From assembly GCF_003668935.1 (NCBI RefSeq), contig NZ_RAWP01000027.1, positions 17,555 to 81,554 on the forward strand: a stretch of 64,000 nt of DNA. Direction: 5' to 3'. The position numbers and the translations under genes are program-made. The notes under the pieces are model-generated. The model was not told the origin of the DNA, did no database searches, and saw only the letters and a list, made by a program, of their open reading frames with translations. Below are positions 50,621 through 59,569 of the stretch, piece by piece (positions within the stretch are counted from its first letter, which is position 1; every line of letters starts with the position of its first letter). The DNA is from Corallococcus sp. AB032C. GTDB taxonomy: Bacteria; Myxococcota; Myxococcia; Myxococcales; Myxococcaceae.

Positions 50621-51694
50621 ATGGCGAAGCGCATGGCGAAGCAAGGGGAGGCGCGGGACATGGACGCGCGGCTGGAGGGAGTCGCGGACGCCTTCGAGGC
50701 GAGGGACTTCGAGGCCGCGCTCACCAGCGCCGACGCCCTGCTCCGGGACGTTCCGGACTCACCAGAAGCCCTGCACTACCGGGCCGCCGCGCTGGTGGAG
50801 GTGGGACGCCTGGAGGACGCGGGCAAGGCCTATGGCGCCGCCCTCAAGATGGCCCCGGAAGACCTGGAGATCCTCTTCGGCGCGGCGGAATTCCTCGTGT
50901 GCCGCACCGGCGAGGACCGCGAGGCGGTGGAGGAAGGGCTGGAGTGGTGCGGCCGCGGGCGGAAGCTGGCGCAGCGGGCCGATGACGTGGAGCTCGTCTA
51001 CGAGTTCCTCCTCCTGGAGGGCATGGGCCTCAACCAGTTGGGGGAATGCGAGTCCGCGCTGAAAATCCTGGACCAGGCGCTGACGCACATGCCGCGCTCG
51101 ACGGACGCGCAGCTGGAGCGGGGCATCGCGCTGTTCGAGTTGTGCCGCTTCGCGCCCGCGCAGGAGGCCTTCGAGCGGGTGTTGAAGGACGCGCCGGACG
51201 AGGCCTGGGCGCACCACTACCTGGGGCTGGTCGCGGAGCGGCGCCAGGATGCGAAGGAGGCGAAGAAGCGCTTCTCCCGGGCGCAGGCGCTGGCCCCGGA
51301 GGAGCTGCCGCCGCCGGTGGCGCTGGAGGAGGCGGCGTTCGACCGCGCGGTGGAGGACGCGATGCGCGCCCTGCCCTCCCAGGTGAAGCAGTACATGGAC
51401 AACGTGACGCTGGCGGTGGAGGACCTGCCGTCGGATGAGGACCTGCTGGGTCAGCAGCCGCCACTGTCACCGTGCATCCTGGGGGTGTTCCGGGGCACGC
51501 CCGTGGGCGAGCGCAGCGTGATGGACGCGGCGGATCACTTCCCGCCCTCCATCGTGCTGTACCAGAAGAACCTGGAGCGCTTCGCGCGCACCCGCGAGGA
51601 ACTCATCGAACAGATTGGCATCACGGTGATGCACGAAGTCGGTCACTTGATGGGTCTGGATGAAGACGACCTGTGGGAGCGGGGGCTGGACTAG
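50621..51694 (+). CDS. TPR-repeat protein with C-terminal zincin-like metallopeptidase motif
   Basis: Seen: TPR-like helical repeats, then a C-terminal HEVGHLMGLDEDDL (HExxH) in a Zincin_1-like context. Confidence 0.6.
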   Translation: MAKRMAKQGEARDMDARLEGVADAFEARDFEAALTSADALLRDVPDSPEALHYRAAALVEVGRLEDAGKAYGAALKMAPEDLEILFGAAEFLVCRTGEDREAVEEGLEWCGRGRKLAQRADDVELVYEFLLLEGMGLNQLGECESALKILDQALTHMPRSTDAQLERGIALFELCRFAPAQEAFERVLKDAPDEAWAHHYLGLVAERRQDAKEAKKRFSRAQALAPEELPPPVALEEAAFDRAVEDAMRALPSQVKQYMDNVTLAVEDLPSDEDLLGQQPPLSPCILGVFRGTPVGERSVMDAADHFPPSIVLYQKNLERFARTREELIEQIGITVMHEVGHLMGLDEDDLWERGLD

Positions 51695-51715
51695 CGCCGT
51701 TCTCCCCTGCCCTGA

Positions 51716-52017
51716 TGCGCGCCATGCATGCATGGACGAAGCTGGGGCTGATGGCGGTGCTGGGTCTGACGGGCTGTCTGGGCGACGACGACGAGGAGCC
51801 GCGCACGTGTCCGCAGGTGGTGGTGTTCGCGCGCTCGGACAGCGAGACGTGCCAGTCCTTCCCGACGCCGTGTGACGTGCCGGAGGGGTACGTCGAGTGC
51901 TGCGGCGGCCTCTTCGGGGGCTGCGCGGGGAACGTGTCCGGAAACACCTGCGTGGATGATCCGTCCGACACGTGCCAGCCCGGGGGCAGCGCGGACTGCC
52001 CGGGCATCTGCCAGTAG
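51716..52017 (+). CDS. Small Cys-rich lipoprotein
   Basis: Seen: signal peptide and lipobox (LMAVLGLTGC), 12 Cys in about 80 mature residues. The start at ATG 51716 is uncertain (the ORF opens at 51673). Confidence 0.5.
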
Positions 52018-52022
52018 GCGTC

Positions 52023-54422
52023 TCAGGCGGCGCGAGAGCCCTTGTCCTCGAAGTAGGCGCGGCGGGCGCGGGCGCAGGTGGGGCACTGCCACTGCACCAG
52101 GGTGAGGTGGCGGTCGCCCAGGACGACGGCCTCGTGGCGGAGCGACTCCCGTGGGGCCTCGCTGGTGGCTCCGCAGGCGCAGCGCAGCCGGCCCAGCGTG
52201 GAGAGCAGCTCCTGAGGGCTGGTGATGGGGATGGCGGACCCGGCGCTGTCGCCCCGGTGGTCCGCGTCGAACTTGCGTGCGAAGGCGCGGCGCCGGCCCC
52301 AGGCGCGGCCCTTGCGCCAGAGCGCCACCGGGCCGCCCTGCGCGATGACGAACCACAGCACGAGGCACGTCGTGATGACGCCCAGGAGGATGGCACCCGC
52401 CTCGCCGGACGGAACGGACGAGGCCTGGTGGCGGGCGGCCCGGCTCCTGAGTTGGATGGCGTAGCCGCGCTGGGCCTCGGTGGCGCGCACGGCCTTCACG
52501 TACTCGGCGATGCGCTCGGGCGGGACCGAGTCCGCGGTGCTGCGGTAGCTGTAGTCGAGCAGCAGCGTCTTGCCTTCGGCGCGGGTGTCGGCCACGAAGC
52601 GGAAGGCCGGACCGTCCACGACCTCGTACTCCGTTTTGACAGGGGGCAGCTCGCCGGCCTTCAGCGTGATGCGGTGGCGGGCGAAGACGGGGTGCTCCAC
52701 CTCCAGCGGGAAGGCGCGGTGGGAGTAGTTCGGCACGGCGAGGTGCTGGCGGAGGCCATGCGCGCGGAACTCCCGGCGACCGTCCGAGGTCCAGAAGTCC
52801 TCGATGCGGTAGTGCTCTTGCGTGACGAGCACGTTCGTCACGGTGTCGTCGTCCACCGACATGGGCTTCGCGATGGAGATGTCCGCGTCCGTCTTCGCGT
52901 AGTAGTTGAAGTAGAGGCGGGACACCTCGGACAGGGACGTGCCCGCGAGCGCGCGGCGCATGGAGTTGGCGTCCGCCCCCGTGCGCGTGGTGACGACGTC
53001 GAGTGTCGCGGCCCCGTCGCGGCCCATCGCGACGTAGGTCTCGTCCACGAAGAGGGAGGGCTCCGTCAGCGTGGGCGTGGGGATGACGGAGAGCGCCGTG
53101 GTGGCGGGGGCGACAAGGAGGGCCCGGCCGTAGGAGGGCGGTTCGTAGCTTTCCAGCCCGCCGCGCTCCAGCGTCGCCGTGGGGTCCACCCACAGCTCGC
53201 GGCCGGCCACGGTGGCGTGGACGATGACGTGGTTGAACGCGGTGGCGGTGGGACGCAAGCCGTCCAGCAGCTGCGTGAGGTCCGTGCTCACGAGCGCCGG
53301 CTGCGCGTCGATGCCCAGCCCCTTGAGGAGCGATACCAAGAGGAGCGACTTGTCCTTGCAGTCGCCGAAGCGGCGCTGGAGGACCTCGTCGGGCGGATGG
53401 GGCTGGTGGGAGTTGGGGCCCATCTCGATGCCCAGGTAGCGCACCTCGTCCTGGACGAAGCGAAGCGCGGCGAGGAAGCGCGCCTCAGGGGTCGGCTCCT
53501 TCGACAGCCGGCGGACCTCCTGTTCCAGCGACTTCGAGCGGGCGGGCACCTGGAACAGCGTGGAGGCCCAGCGCGCGACGTCGTTCCAGTCCTTGTATTC
53601 GCTGAACTGGATCCACGGGTAGACGGGCTGCCAGCCGGGGACGTTGTCCTCGTGGCGGACCGCGGGCACGTGGTGGCGCTCCAGGATGATTTCACGCTCG
53701 CCGTTCAGCATCGACTCCGAGCGCGACAGGCCCGGCGCGGCGAAGTCCCGGATGAAGAGCGTGCGACCCCGCCCTTCCGGCCACAGCAGCCGGTAGGCGA
53801 AGTGGACCACGGGATAGGAATGGCCCACGCCGACGACGTCGGAGAAGCGGCCGCCAAAGACGGGGTTGGCGCCTTCGAAGGAGTACGCGACCTCCACGGT
53901 GTCGCCCACCCGCACGTCGTGGAGGAAGGGCACCACGGAGAGGTTGCCGTTGTAGAGCCGGTTCTGGAGCTCGGTCTCCTGCTGGATGACCCGGGCCTCG
54001 GCGGGCTGGAAGACGTCCTCGCGGCGGCCGTCGCGGATGCGCCAGATGCCGTGGACGGTGAGCTTCTGGTACGTCGGATCGAAGCGGAACTGGATGTCCG
54101 TGACGCGGTCGATGCCCCGCGGCGAGAGGACCTTCTGGGCCGAGTGCAGGTAGTGCACGCGCGATGGGCCGGACACGCGCACCTGTTCCTCGATCAGCAG
54201 CTGGGAGACGCTGGTCTCCTCCTCGCCCTCGGGAGTCGGGCCGGGGTCTGGAGGAATGGGAAGCGGCTTCACCCACGCGGCGGGAGGCCCGACGCGGAAC
54301 GGCCTGGCGTTCGTCGCCGCCGGTGCTGCCCGGGCGATCAAGGACAGACACAGACACAGCAGCAGGACGAGCGCCGGCGGGAAGCCCGGTGCCAGGGGGA
54401 CGGAACGGAAGGTTCGGCGCAT
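52023..54422 (-). CDS. Exported transglutaminase-like cysteine-protease-fold protein with N-terminal DUF3857-like region and C-terminal TM plus zinc-ribbon-like Cys pairs
   Basis: Seen: signal peptide (LVLLLCLCLSLIARA at the preferred ATG 54422), transglutaminase-like core (FGDCKDKSLLLVSLLKGLG), C-terminal hydrophobic helix, then CACG...CPTC. Confidence 0.65.
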   Translation of the reverse strand: MRRTFRSVPLAPGFPPALVLLLCLCLSLIARAAPAATNARPFRVGPPAAWVKPLPIPPDPGPTPEGEEETSVSQLLIEEQVRVSGPSRVHYLHSAQKVLSPRGIDRVTDIQFRFDPTYQKLTVHGIWRIRDGRREDVFQPAEARVIQQETELQNRLYNGNLSVVPFLHDVRVGDTVEVAYSFEGANPVFGGRFSDVVGVGHSYPVVHFAYRLLWPEGRGRTLFIRDFAAPGLSRSESMLNGEREIILERHHVPAVRHEDNVPGWQPVYPWIQFSEYKDWNDVARWASTLFQVPARSKSLEQEVRRLSKEPTPEARFLAALRFVQDEVRYLGIEMGPNSHQPHPPDEVLQRRFGDCKDKSLLLVSLLKGLGIDAQPALVSTDLTQLLDGLRPTATAFNHVIVHATVAGRELWVDPTATLERGGLESYEPPSYGRALLVAPATTALSVIPTPTLTEPSLFVDETYVAMGRDGAATLDVVTTRTGADANSMRRALAGTSLSEVSRLYFNYYAKTDADISIAKPMSVDDDTVTNVLVTQEHYRIEDFWTSDGRREFRAHGLRQHLAVPNYSHRAFPLEVEHPVFARHRITLKAGELPPVKTEYEVVDGPAFRFVADTRAEGKTLLLDYSYRSTADSVPPERIAEYVKAVRATEAQRGYAIQLRSRAARHQASSVPSGEAGAILLGVITTCLVLWFVIAQGGPVALWRKGRAWGRRRAFARKFDADHRGDSAGSAIPITSPQELLSTLGRLRCACGATSEAPRESLRHEAVVLGDRHLTLVQWQCPTCARARRAYFEDKGSRAA

Positions 54423-54600
54423 GGCGGAAGGGCGCACATCATGGAGCCCGGATGACGCGCCGGGCAAGGCGCCCCCTGGGACACCGGGCGAGCGGCCCCG
54501 CTTCATTCACCAGTGAAAACCGTCATGCAGGCCAAGCCTGGAATCGCCGTGACACGGGCTAGGGTTCCGGCCATCGGGTGGACGGCCCAGGAGGCTGGCG

Positions 54601-55569
54601 ATGGTCAACGTGAGGCAGGTCGCGACGCGGCTGAAGAGTGCGTTCCTGGCGGACCCGGAGCGCTTCTATACGAACGAGACAGGAGCCTGGGTGGCGGGGA
54701 TGCCGGCGCCGAGCGACATCCGGGTGACGACGGGCCGGGAGCCCTTCTGGATCAACCTGGGCTACTGGAAGCACGTGGAGAAGGTGGACGACTCCAACGT
54801 GGAGCGCGTGGGGGAGCTGTTCCGGTCCGCCCAGGCGGAGATGGCGCGCCTCCTGGCGAGGACCGCGAAGCTGGGGCCCGGGGATGCCGTCTTGGACTGC
54901 GGCTTCGGGTACGCGGACCAGGACCTGCTGTGGGCGGAGGAGTTCAAGCCCGCGAGCATCGTCGGGGTGAACATCACGCCGAACCAGGTGAAGGTGGGCC
55001 GGGAGCGCGTGAAGCTGACGGGGCTGGAGGGCGTGGTCCGGCTGGAGGTGGGGAGCGCGACGGCGCTGCCGGGACCGGAGGGAGCGTTCGACGGGGTGTT
55101 CGCGCTGGAGTCCGCGATGCACTTCCGGATGCGGCAGGACTTCCTGCGCGAGGCCTTCCGGGTGCTGAAGCCGGGAGGCCGGCTGGTGATGGCGGACATG
55201 GCGCAGAAGACGGACCGTGAGGCTGGAGCAGGACTCCGAGCGCGGCTGCGCTACCGCTACTGGCGGGGGCTGATTGCCTTCCCGGAGGAGAACGTCTGGT
55301 CGACGGAGCGCTACCGGGAGGAGCTGCGGCGGGCGGGGTTCCAGGACGTGAAGGTGGAGTCCATCGCGGAGGATGTGTACCCGGCGGTGAACACGGCGCT
55401 GGTGGCGCTGCGGGGCATGACGCAGCTGGAGCGCAATCCAGGGAGCACGTCCCTGCACCAGGTGCGCGCGGACGTGCACAAGGCGATGCGGATGACACCG
55501 GAGCAGCTCCAGTGGCCCGCGCTGTTCAACTGCGATGAGTACGCCGTGGTGTCCGCGCGCAAGCCGTGA
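54601..55569 (+). CDS. Class I SAM-dependent methyltransferase
   Basis: Seen: VLDCGFGYADQDL (motif I) and LKPGGRLVMAD (post I/II). Confidence 0.75.
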   Translation: MVNVRQVATRLKSAFLADPERFYTNETGAWVAGMPAPSDIRVTTGREPFWINLGYWKHVEKVDDSNVERVGELFRSAQAEMARLLARTAKLGPGDAVLDCGFGYADQDLLWAEEFKPASIVGVNITPNQVKVGRERVKLTGLEGVVRLEVGSATALPGPEGAFDGVFALESAMHFRMRQDFLREAFRVLKPGGRLVMADMAQKTDREAGAGLRARLRYRYWRGLIAFPEENVWSTERYREELRRAGFQDVKVESIAEDVYPAVNTALVALRGMTQLERNPGSTSLHQVRADVHKAMRMTPEQLQWPALFNCDEYAVVSARKP

Positions 55570-55611
55570 CCGTGGTTGACGGACTGGGGCGGAGCGGCGG
55601 TAATCGGAAGC

Positions 55612-55710
55612 GGTAGGGCCTCCGGACCTGGTGGCCGGCCCGGTCTTCAAAACCGGTGAGGGGCTGCGAGAGCAGTCCCTGGCGAGTTCGATTCCCGTGC
55701 CCTACCGCCA
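55612..55710 (+). tRNA. selC: tRNA-Sec (selenocysteine tRNA, anticodon UCA)
   Basis: Seen: 8-bp acceptor stem (GGTAGGGC/GCCCTACC) followed by G73 and an encoded CCA. Anticodon stem-loop CCGGT-CTTCAAA-ACCGG gives TCA. Long variable arm (GGGGCTGCGAGAGCAGTCCC), T-loop GTTCGATTCC, 99 nt. Overall collinear with E. coli selC as recalled from memory. Confidence 0.8.
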
Positions 55711-55853
55711 ATACTTCCGAGGGGTTACGCCCCACCTGCCCTGTGGATACCGTACCCTGCTGCGTCCAGGCGCGTCCAGACCAGTCCACTCGACTGCGTT
55801 ACCGCTGCGTTACTGCGCAGCAGGCAACGGCGAGGACTCAGCAACGGGCTCCC

Positions 55854-56768
55854 TTAGGGGAACATCACGTTGCCAAACACGACAGTACGCGACCCATCTT
55901 CCTCCCAGAGCTTGAGTGAGAAGGGCCCTCGGGTTGTTTCTGGTGAGGCCTCGGCTTCCACAACAACCCGACCGACGTTTCCTCCTGGAATTGGCATTCG
56001 CTGCCATACGCGGATCACCTTCAACTCCACGCCAGCCTTGCCTTTGAGCGTTGCGCCCTTCGCGAGCCATGGCTGAGCCCCGGCCTTCACGTCCAACTTG
56101 ATGTCCACCGCTACGCCCGTAGTGGAGCGATAGCTCGTGATGTAAGAGGCCGTCAGGTCACTCCCAGAGACTTGGGAGAACTCAAGGGTCACGACTTGCC
56201 CGGCCACACCACGCTCGTCCATTCCTCCGGTGGAGATCAGGCCCGCCAGCCCTCCCGGAGCATCGTGCTCGGCCATCAGTCTTGCGTTCTCATTTTGGCA
56301 GCGAAGCAATTCCGCATGCGCCTCGCGGGCTTCCTGCTGGTACGTCTCAATCGTCCGCTTTCCGCGATAGACCTCAATGAGAGACTCGGCCTTTGCCGGA
56401 TGGATCCGCAAAAGGAAGAATGCACTCAAGGGGGCTGCGCCATCCCTGAATCGCACGACCAGACGAAACCGCTCGCCTGGAGCTACACGCGACGAAGGCA
56501 CCAGTCGGATTGTGGCTTGCCCCACATCCACCAGTGCAAAGCGATCTCGCCCCTCCAACTCGACACTGTCGCGCATCAGGTCGGAATCGAAGAAGAGAGC
56601 CGTCGAGAGTCCAGAACTGATCGCGATCTCGGGGGCGACTTGAACATCGTCCGGCGACAATTCGATGCGTCGTGCGCCCGGCACCGACGCTGAACCCTCT
56701 GACTGAGCGACGGCCGTTTCGGCCACGAACAGCAGGCCCAGGAGCACGACGAAAGAAGAAGATGACAC
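55854..56768 (-). CDS. Secreted DUF2381-like protein (myxobacterial family usually paired with Ser/Thr kinases)
   Basis: Seen: signal peptide (FVVLLGLLFVAETAVAQ), 304 aa, directly downstream of a kinase gene on the same strand (26-bp gap). Family assignment is from memory. Confidence 0.55.
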   Translation of the reverse strand: MSSSSFVVLLGLLFVAETAVAQSEGSASVPGARRIELSPDDVQVAPEIAISSGLSTALFFDSDLMRDSVELEGRDRFALVDVGQATIRLVPSSRVAPGERFRLVVRFRDGAAPLSAFFLLRIHPAKAESLIEVYRGKRTIETYQQEAREAHAELLRCQNENARLMAEHDAPGGLAGLISTGGMDERGVAGQVVTLEFSQVSGSDLTASYITSYRSTTGVAVDIKLDVKAGAQPWLAKGATLKGKAGVELKVIRVWQRMPIPGGNVGRVVVEAEASPETTRGPFSLKLWEEDGSRTVVFGNVMFP

Positions 56769-56794
56769 TCGGCGATTACTCCCAGGTGGTGCTG

Positions 56795-58642
56795 TTACTC
56801 AAACTCGCTCACCGCCCTCACGTATTCGCTCGTGAAGATACGGCCATTGGAGGGTGAGTCGTTTCCGGGCTCGCGTGCCATTCCTCGTTCCCCGTCTTTC
56901 ACGTCGTAGACCTCCAGGCAGACAGGAAAACTGTCGCCCTTTGGCGTAGTCGCCGAGGTGAGTCGCCCGTAAACGCGGTCTCGCACGATTAGCCGACCAG
57001 ACAGAACTGTCCCGTGCGGCATTTCCTCCCAATCGCCGTACAAGAACACCTGGGCAGGGCCTTCCCGAACAGAAATGAATTGCGGGCGGTCACGGGTGAA
57101 AACGGCTTCGTGCCTGTCTCCAATGTCGATGCCCAGCTTCGCCATGGCCTTCACAGCACCCTTTGGGCACGGCTCCGGAGGTGGTGCCGGACGCACCTGC
57201 GGCCCTGGGCAGCCGAGCGCTGTGCAAGCCGCCGCCATTCCGACAGCACGGGCCATGACGCTCATGCCCTTCTTCGTGGGCTTCGAGGGGAGCTGAAGGG
57301 GCTGCGTCTCTTTCGGCTGCGTCGTCACGGTGGCTGAAACCTCCTGGAGCGTCGCGGGGAGAGCGACGGCCGCAGCAGTGGCCTCCGGCCCGGTGGGAGC
57401 TGCGGCGCGGTCAGCTTGAGGCGACTTGCCAGAGGGCGCTACTTCCTGACGGGTGGGGACTGGCCCTGCGACGCGCGACATCCCGAGGCCCCACGCCGCC
57501 CCTGACAGGACGAGCACCACCGCGAGCGCCGCCCAGGCGCGGAAGGCCCCACGCTGCGCAGGCGTCACACGCACGGTCGTCGCGGGCGGCGGTGTCTCAT
57601 CCGCAGCAGCCGCGTCCTCCGCTGGCACCTGTTTCTGGGGAATGCGTTTGCCGCGACGCGGGCGGTGTCGGGGTTGGTGCCGCCACTGCTCGAAGCTGTC
57701 GATGTCCTCTCCTTCCGTCGTCGCGGAATCCTCGTCGTAGGCGTCGCAGAGCGGCACGTCCCACGTCTCGTCCGCACCGCGCAGCGCCTGCTCCAGCAAC
57801 TCGCAGAGAGCCTGGGCGCTGGGCGTGCGCGCCTCGGGCGTCTTCTCCAGGAGCTGCAAGCACACGTCGCTCAGCGCCCGAGGCACCCGCTCGTTCTCCT
57901 CGTGCGGCGGTGTGGGAGGGCTGGAGAGAATCGCCTCCGTCAAGCTGGCGCCGTCCTCGCCGTCAAAGGGGAAGCGCCCCGTCAGCAGCCGGTAGGTGAC
58001 GAGTCCCAGCGCCCACAAGTCGTCCGCCGGCCCCGCTGTGTAACGGGCGTCCCTTGCCTCAAGGTGAGCACGCAGGAAGCGCCACGCCTCCGGGGAGCGG
58101 TAGTCCACCGTCCCGGGCGGGAGAATGTCCGCCGTCAGCTCGCGCGCGCCCGTGTAGTCGCCGATGCCGAAGTCCACCAGCTTGGCCAGGCCGTCCGAGG
58201 CGCGCACCATGACGTTGGCCTCCTTCACGTCCCGGTGCACCACCCCATCCGCGTGGGCAGCGGCGAGCGCCCGTGCCACGCCCAGCAGCACGCGCGTCAC
58301 CTGCCGCGCCGTGGGGTTCTCCGCGTCGGCCCACGCGTCCAGCTGACGCCCTTCCACGTACTCCGTAACGATGACGATGAATTGAGGCTGGGCCACCGGC
58401 CAGTAGCCATGGCCCAGAATCCGCACCACGTTGGGGTGATGCAGGCGAGTGAGGATGGAAACTTCGCGCTCCGCCCTCTCGCCTACGCGCGGCAGGTGCA
58501 GCAGCTTCAGAGCGAAGCGCTGGCCCTCGCAGTGCGCGAGGTACACCGTGCCGAAGCCGCCCTGCCCCAGCTGGCGCTCCACCGTGTAGCCCAGCACCTG
58601 GGCCCCAGGAGACAGCACGGCCGGAGGTGGCCCCCGCATCAT
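56795..58642 (-). CDS. Ser/Thr protein kinase (predicted active) with C-terminal non-catalytic region
   Basis: Seen: GQGGFGTVY, ALKLL, HRDVKEANVMV, DFG, SPE/APE motifs. A TM-like segment (ALAVVLVLSGAAWGL) is followed by a Cys-containing extracytoplasmic domain. Confidence 0.85.
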   Translation of the reverse strand: MMRGPPPAVLSPGAQVLGYTVERQLGQGGFGTVYLAHCEGQRFALKLLHLPRVGERAEREVSILTRLHHPNVVRILGHGYWPVAQPQFIVIVTEYVEGRQLDAWADAENPTARQVTRVLLGVARALAAAHADGVVHRDVKEANVMVRASDGLAKLVDFGIGDYTGARELTADILPPGTVDYRSPEAWRFLRAHLEARDARYTAGPADDLWALGLVTYRLLTGRFPFDGEDGASLTEAILSSPPTPPHEENERVPRALSDVCLQLLEKTPEARTPSAQALCELLEQALRGADETWDVPLCDAYDEDSATTEGEDIDSFEQWRHQPRHRPRRGKRIPQKQVPAEDAAAADETPPPATTVRVTPAQRGAFRAWAALAVVLVLSGAAWGLGMSRVAGPVPTRQEVAPSGKSPQADRAAAPTGPEATAAAVALPATLQEVSATVTTQPKETQPLQLPSKPTKKGMSVMARAVGMAAACTALGCPGPQVRPAPPPEPCPKGAVKAMAKLGIDIGDRHEAVFTRDRPQFISVREGPAQVFLYGDWEEMPHGTVLSGRLIVRDRVYGRLTSATTPKGDSFPVCLEVYDVKDGERGMAREPGNDSPSNGRIFTSEYVRAVSEFE

Positions 58643-58836
58643 GGCGACCTTCTTTCGGGCTCCCAGGCCTCTCGCATGCGGCGTCCTCCCAGCGGGGCGC
58701 GGACCCTACCAGAAGCGCGAGAAGCCCGGGAATCCCTCCCTCTGGCTGCACTCTCCAGAAAGGACTCAGGGAGTCCATTGTATTTCGCACAACCTCCAGC
58801 ATTCACTCTTAGCGAACCTTCGGTTACGCTTCCGCC

Positions 58837-59178
58837 ATGGCGCGCCCCTCCTCGCAGCCGGCCCATCCCCTCGCCAGCACCATTGGTGACGCCGCGCGAG
58901 CGGCACGCACCCGCCTGGGCCTCACCCAGGCCGAAATGGCCCAGCGCGTGGGCCTCGCGCATGCCGTCTACAGCCGCATGGAGCGAGGCCGCATGCTTCC
59001 CCGAGTCTCCACGCTCCAACGCCTGTGCGGCGCGCTGGGCGTCACCCCGGACGAACTGATGGGCCACACGCCCCCTTCCGACGACTTGCCTGCGCGGCAC
59101 CAGCTCCTCCTGCGTGTGCGCACCCTGGAGGAGCCCCAGGTGCGGGCGCTGCTGCTGTTGCTTCCCGAGTCCCGGTAG
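58837..59178 (+). CDS. XRE-family HTH transcriptional regulator (paralog 1)
   Basis: Seen: LGLTQAEMAQRVGLAHAVYSRMERGRMLPRVSTLQRLCGALGVTPDELMG, a Cro/CI-type HTH. Confidence 0.75.
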   Translation: MARPSSQPAHPLASTIGDAARAARTRLGLTQAEMAQRVGLAHAVYSRMERGRMLPRVSTLQRLCGALGVTPDELMGHTPPSDDLPARHQLLLRVRTLEEPQVRALLLLLPESR

Positions 59179-59205
59179 CGTGCCCTCGGCTACGCTGCGC
59201 CCGCC

Positions 59206-59565
59206 ATGAATGAGGAACTCGGCATCACCATCGGCACGGAGGCCCGCGCCGCCCGCCAGCACCTGGGCCTTACGCAGGCCGAAGTCGCGGAGCGCGTTGG
59301 GCTGGTGCACCCCGTCTACAACCGCCTGGAGCGCGGGAAGATGCTTCCCAGCGTCCCCTCCCTCTACCGCCTCTGCCGGGAGCTGCGGGTGTCGCCCGAG
59401 AAGCTGATGGGCCTGACGCCCACGGGCGACGTGCGCAAGGCCACGAAGCCCAAGCCCAAGGAAGAGGACGCCCCGGAGCTGCGGCGCCTCCTCCACCTCG
59501 CGCGCAAGCTGGACGCGGAGGACCTCGCGGCCCTCCTCCACGTCGCCTCGGCCCTGGCGCGCTGA
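59206..59565 (+). CDS. XRE-family HTH transcriptional regulator (paralog 2)
   Basis: Seen: LGLTQAEVAERVGLVHPVYNRLERGKMLPSVPSLYRLCRELRVSPEKLMG; about 60% identical to paralog 1 across the HTH. Confidence 0.75.
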   Translation: MNEELGITIGTEARAARQHLGLTQAEVAERVGLVHPVYNRLERGKMLPSVPSLYRLCRELRVSPEKLMGLTPTGDVRKATKPKPKEEDAPELRRLLHLARKLDAEDLAALLHVASALAR

Positions 59566-59569
59566 AGCC

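Noticed and set aside
55631-55919. Plus-strand ORFs 55631..55915 and 55656..55919 overlapping the tRNA-Sec and its downstream region
   Set aside because: They overlap a structured tRNA gene, have no RBS or domain, and partly overlap the 3' end of the minus-strand DUF2381 gene. They are treated as artefacts.
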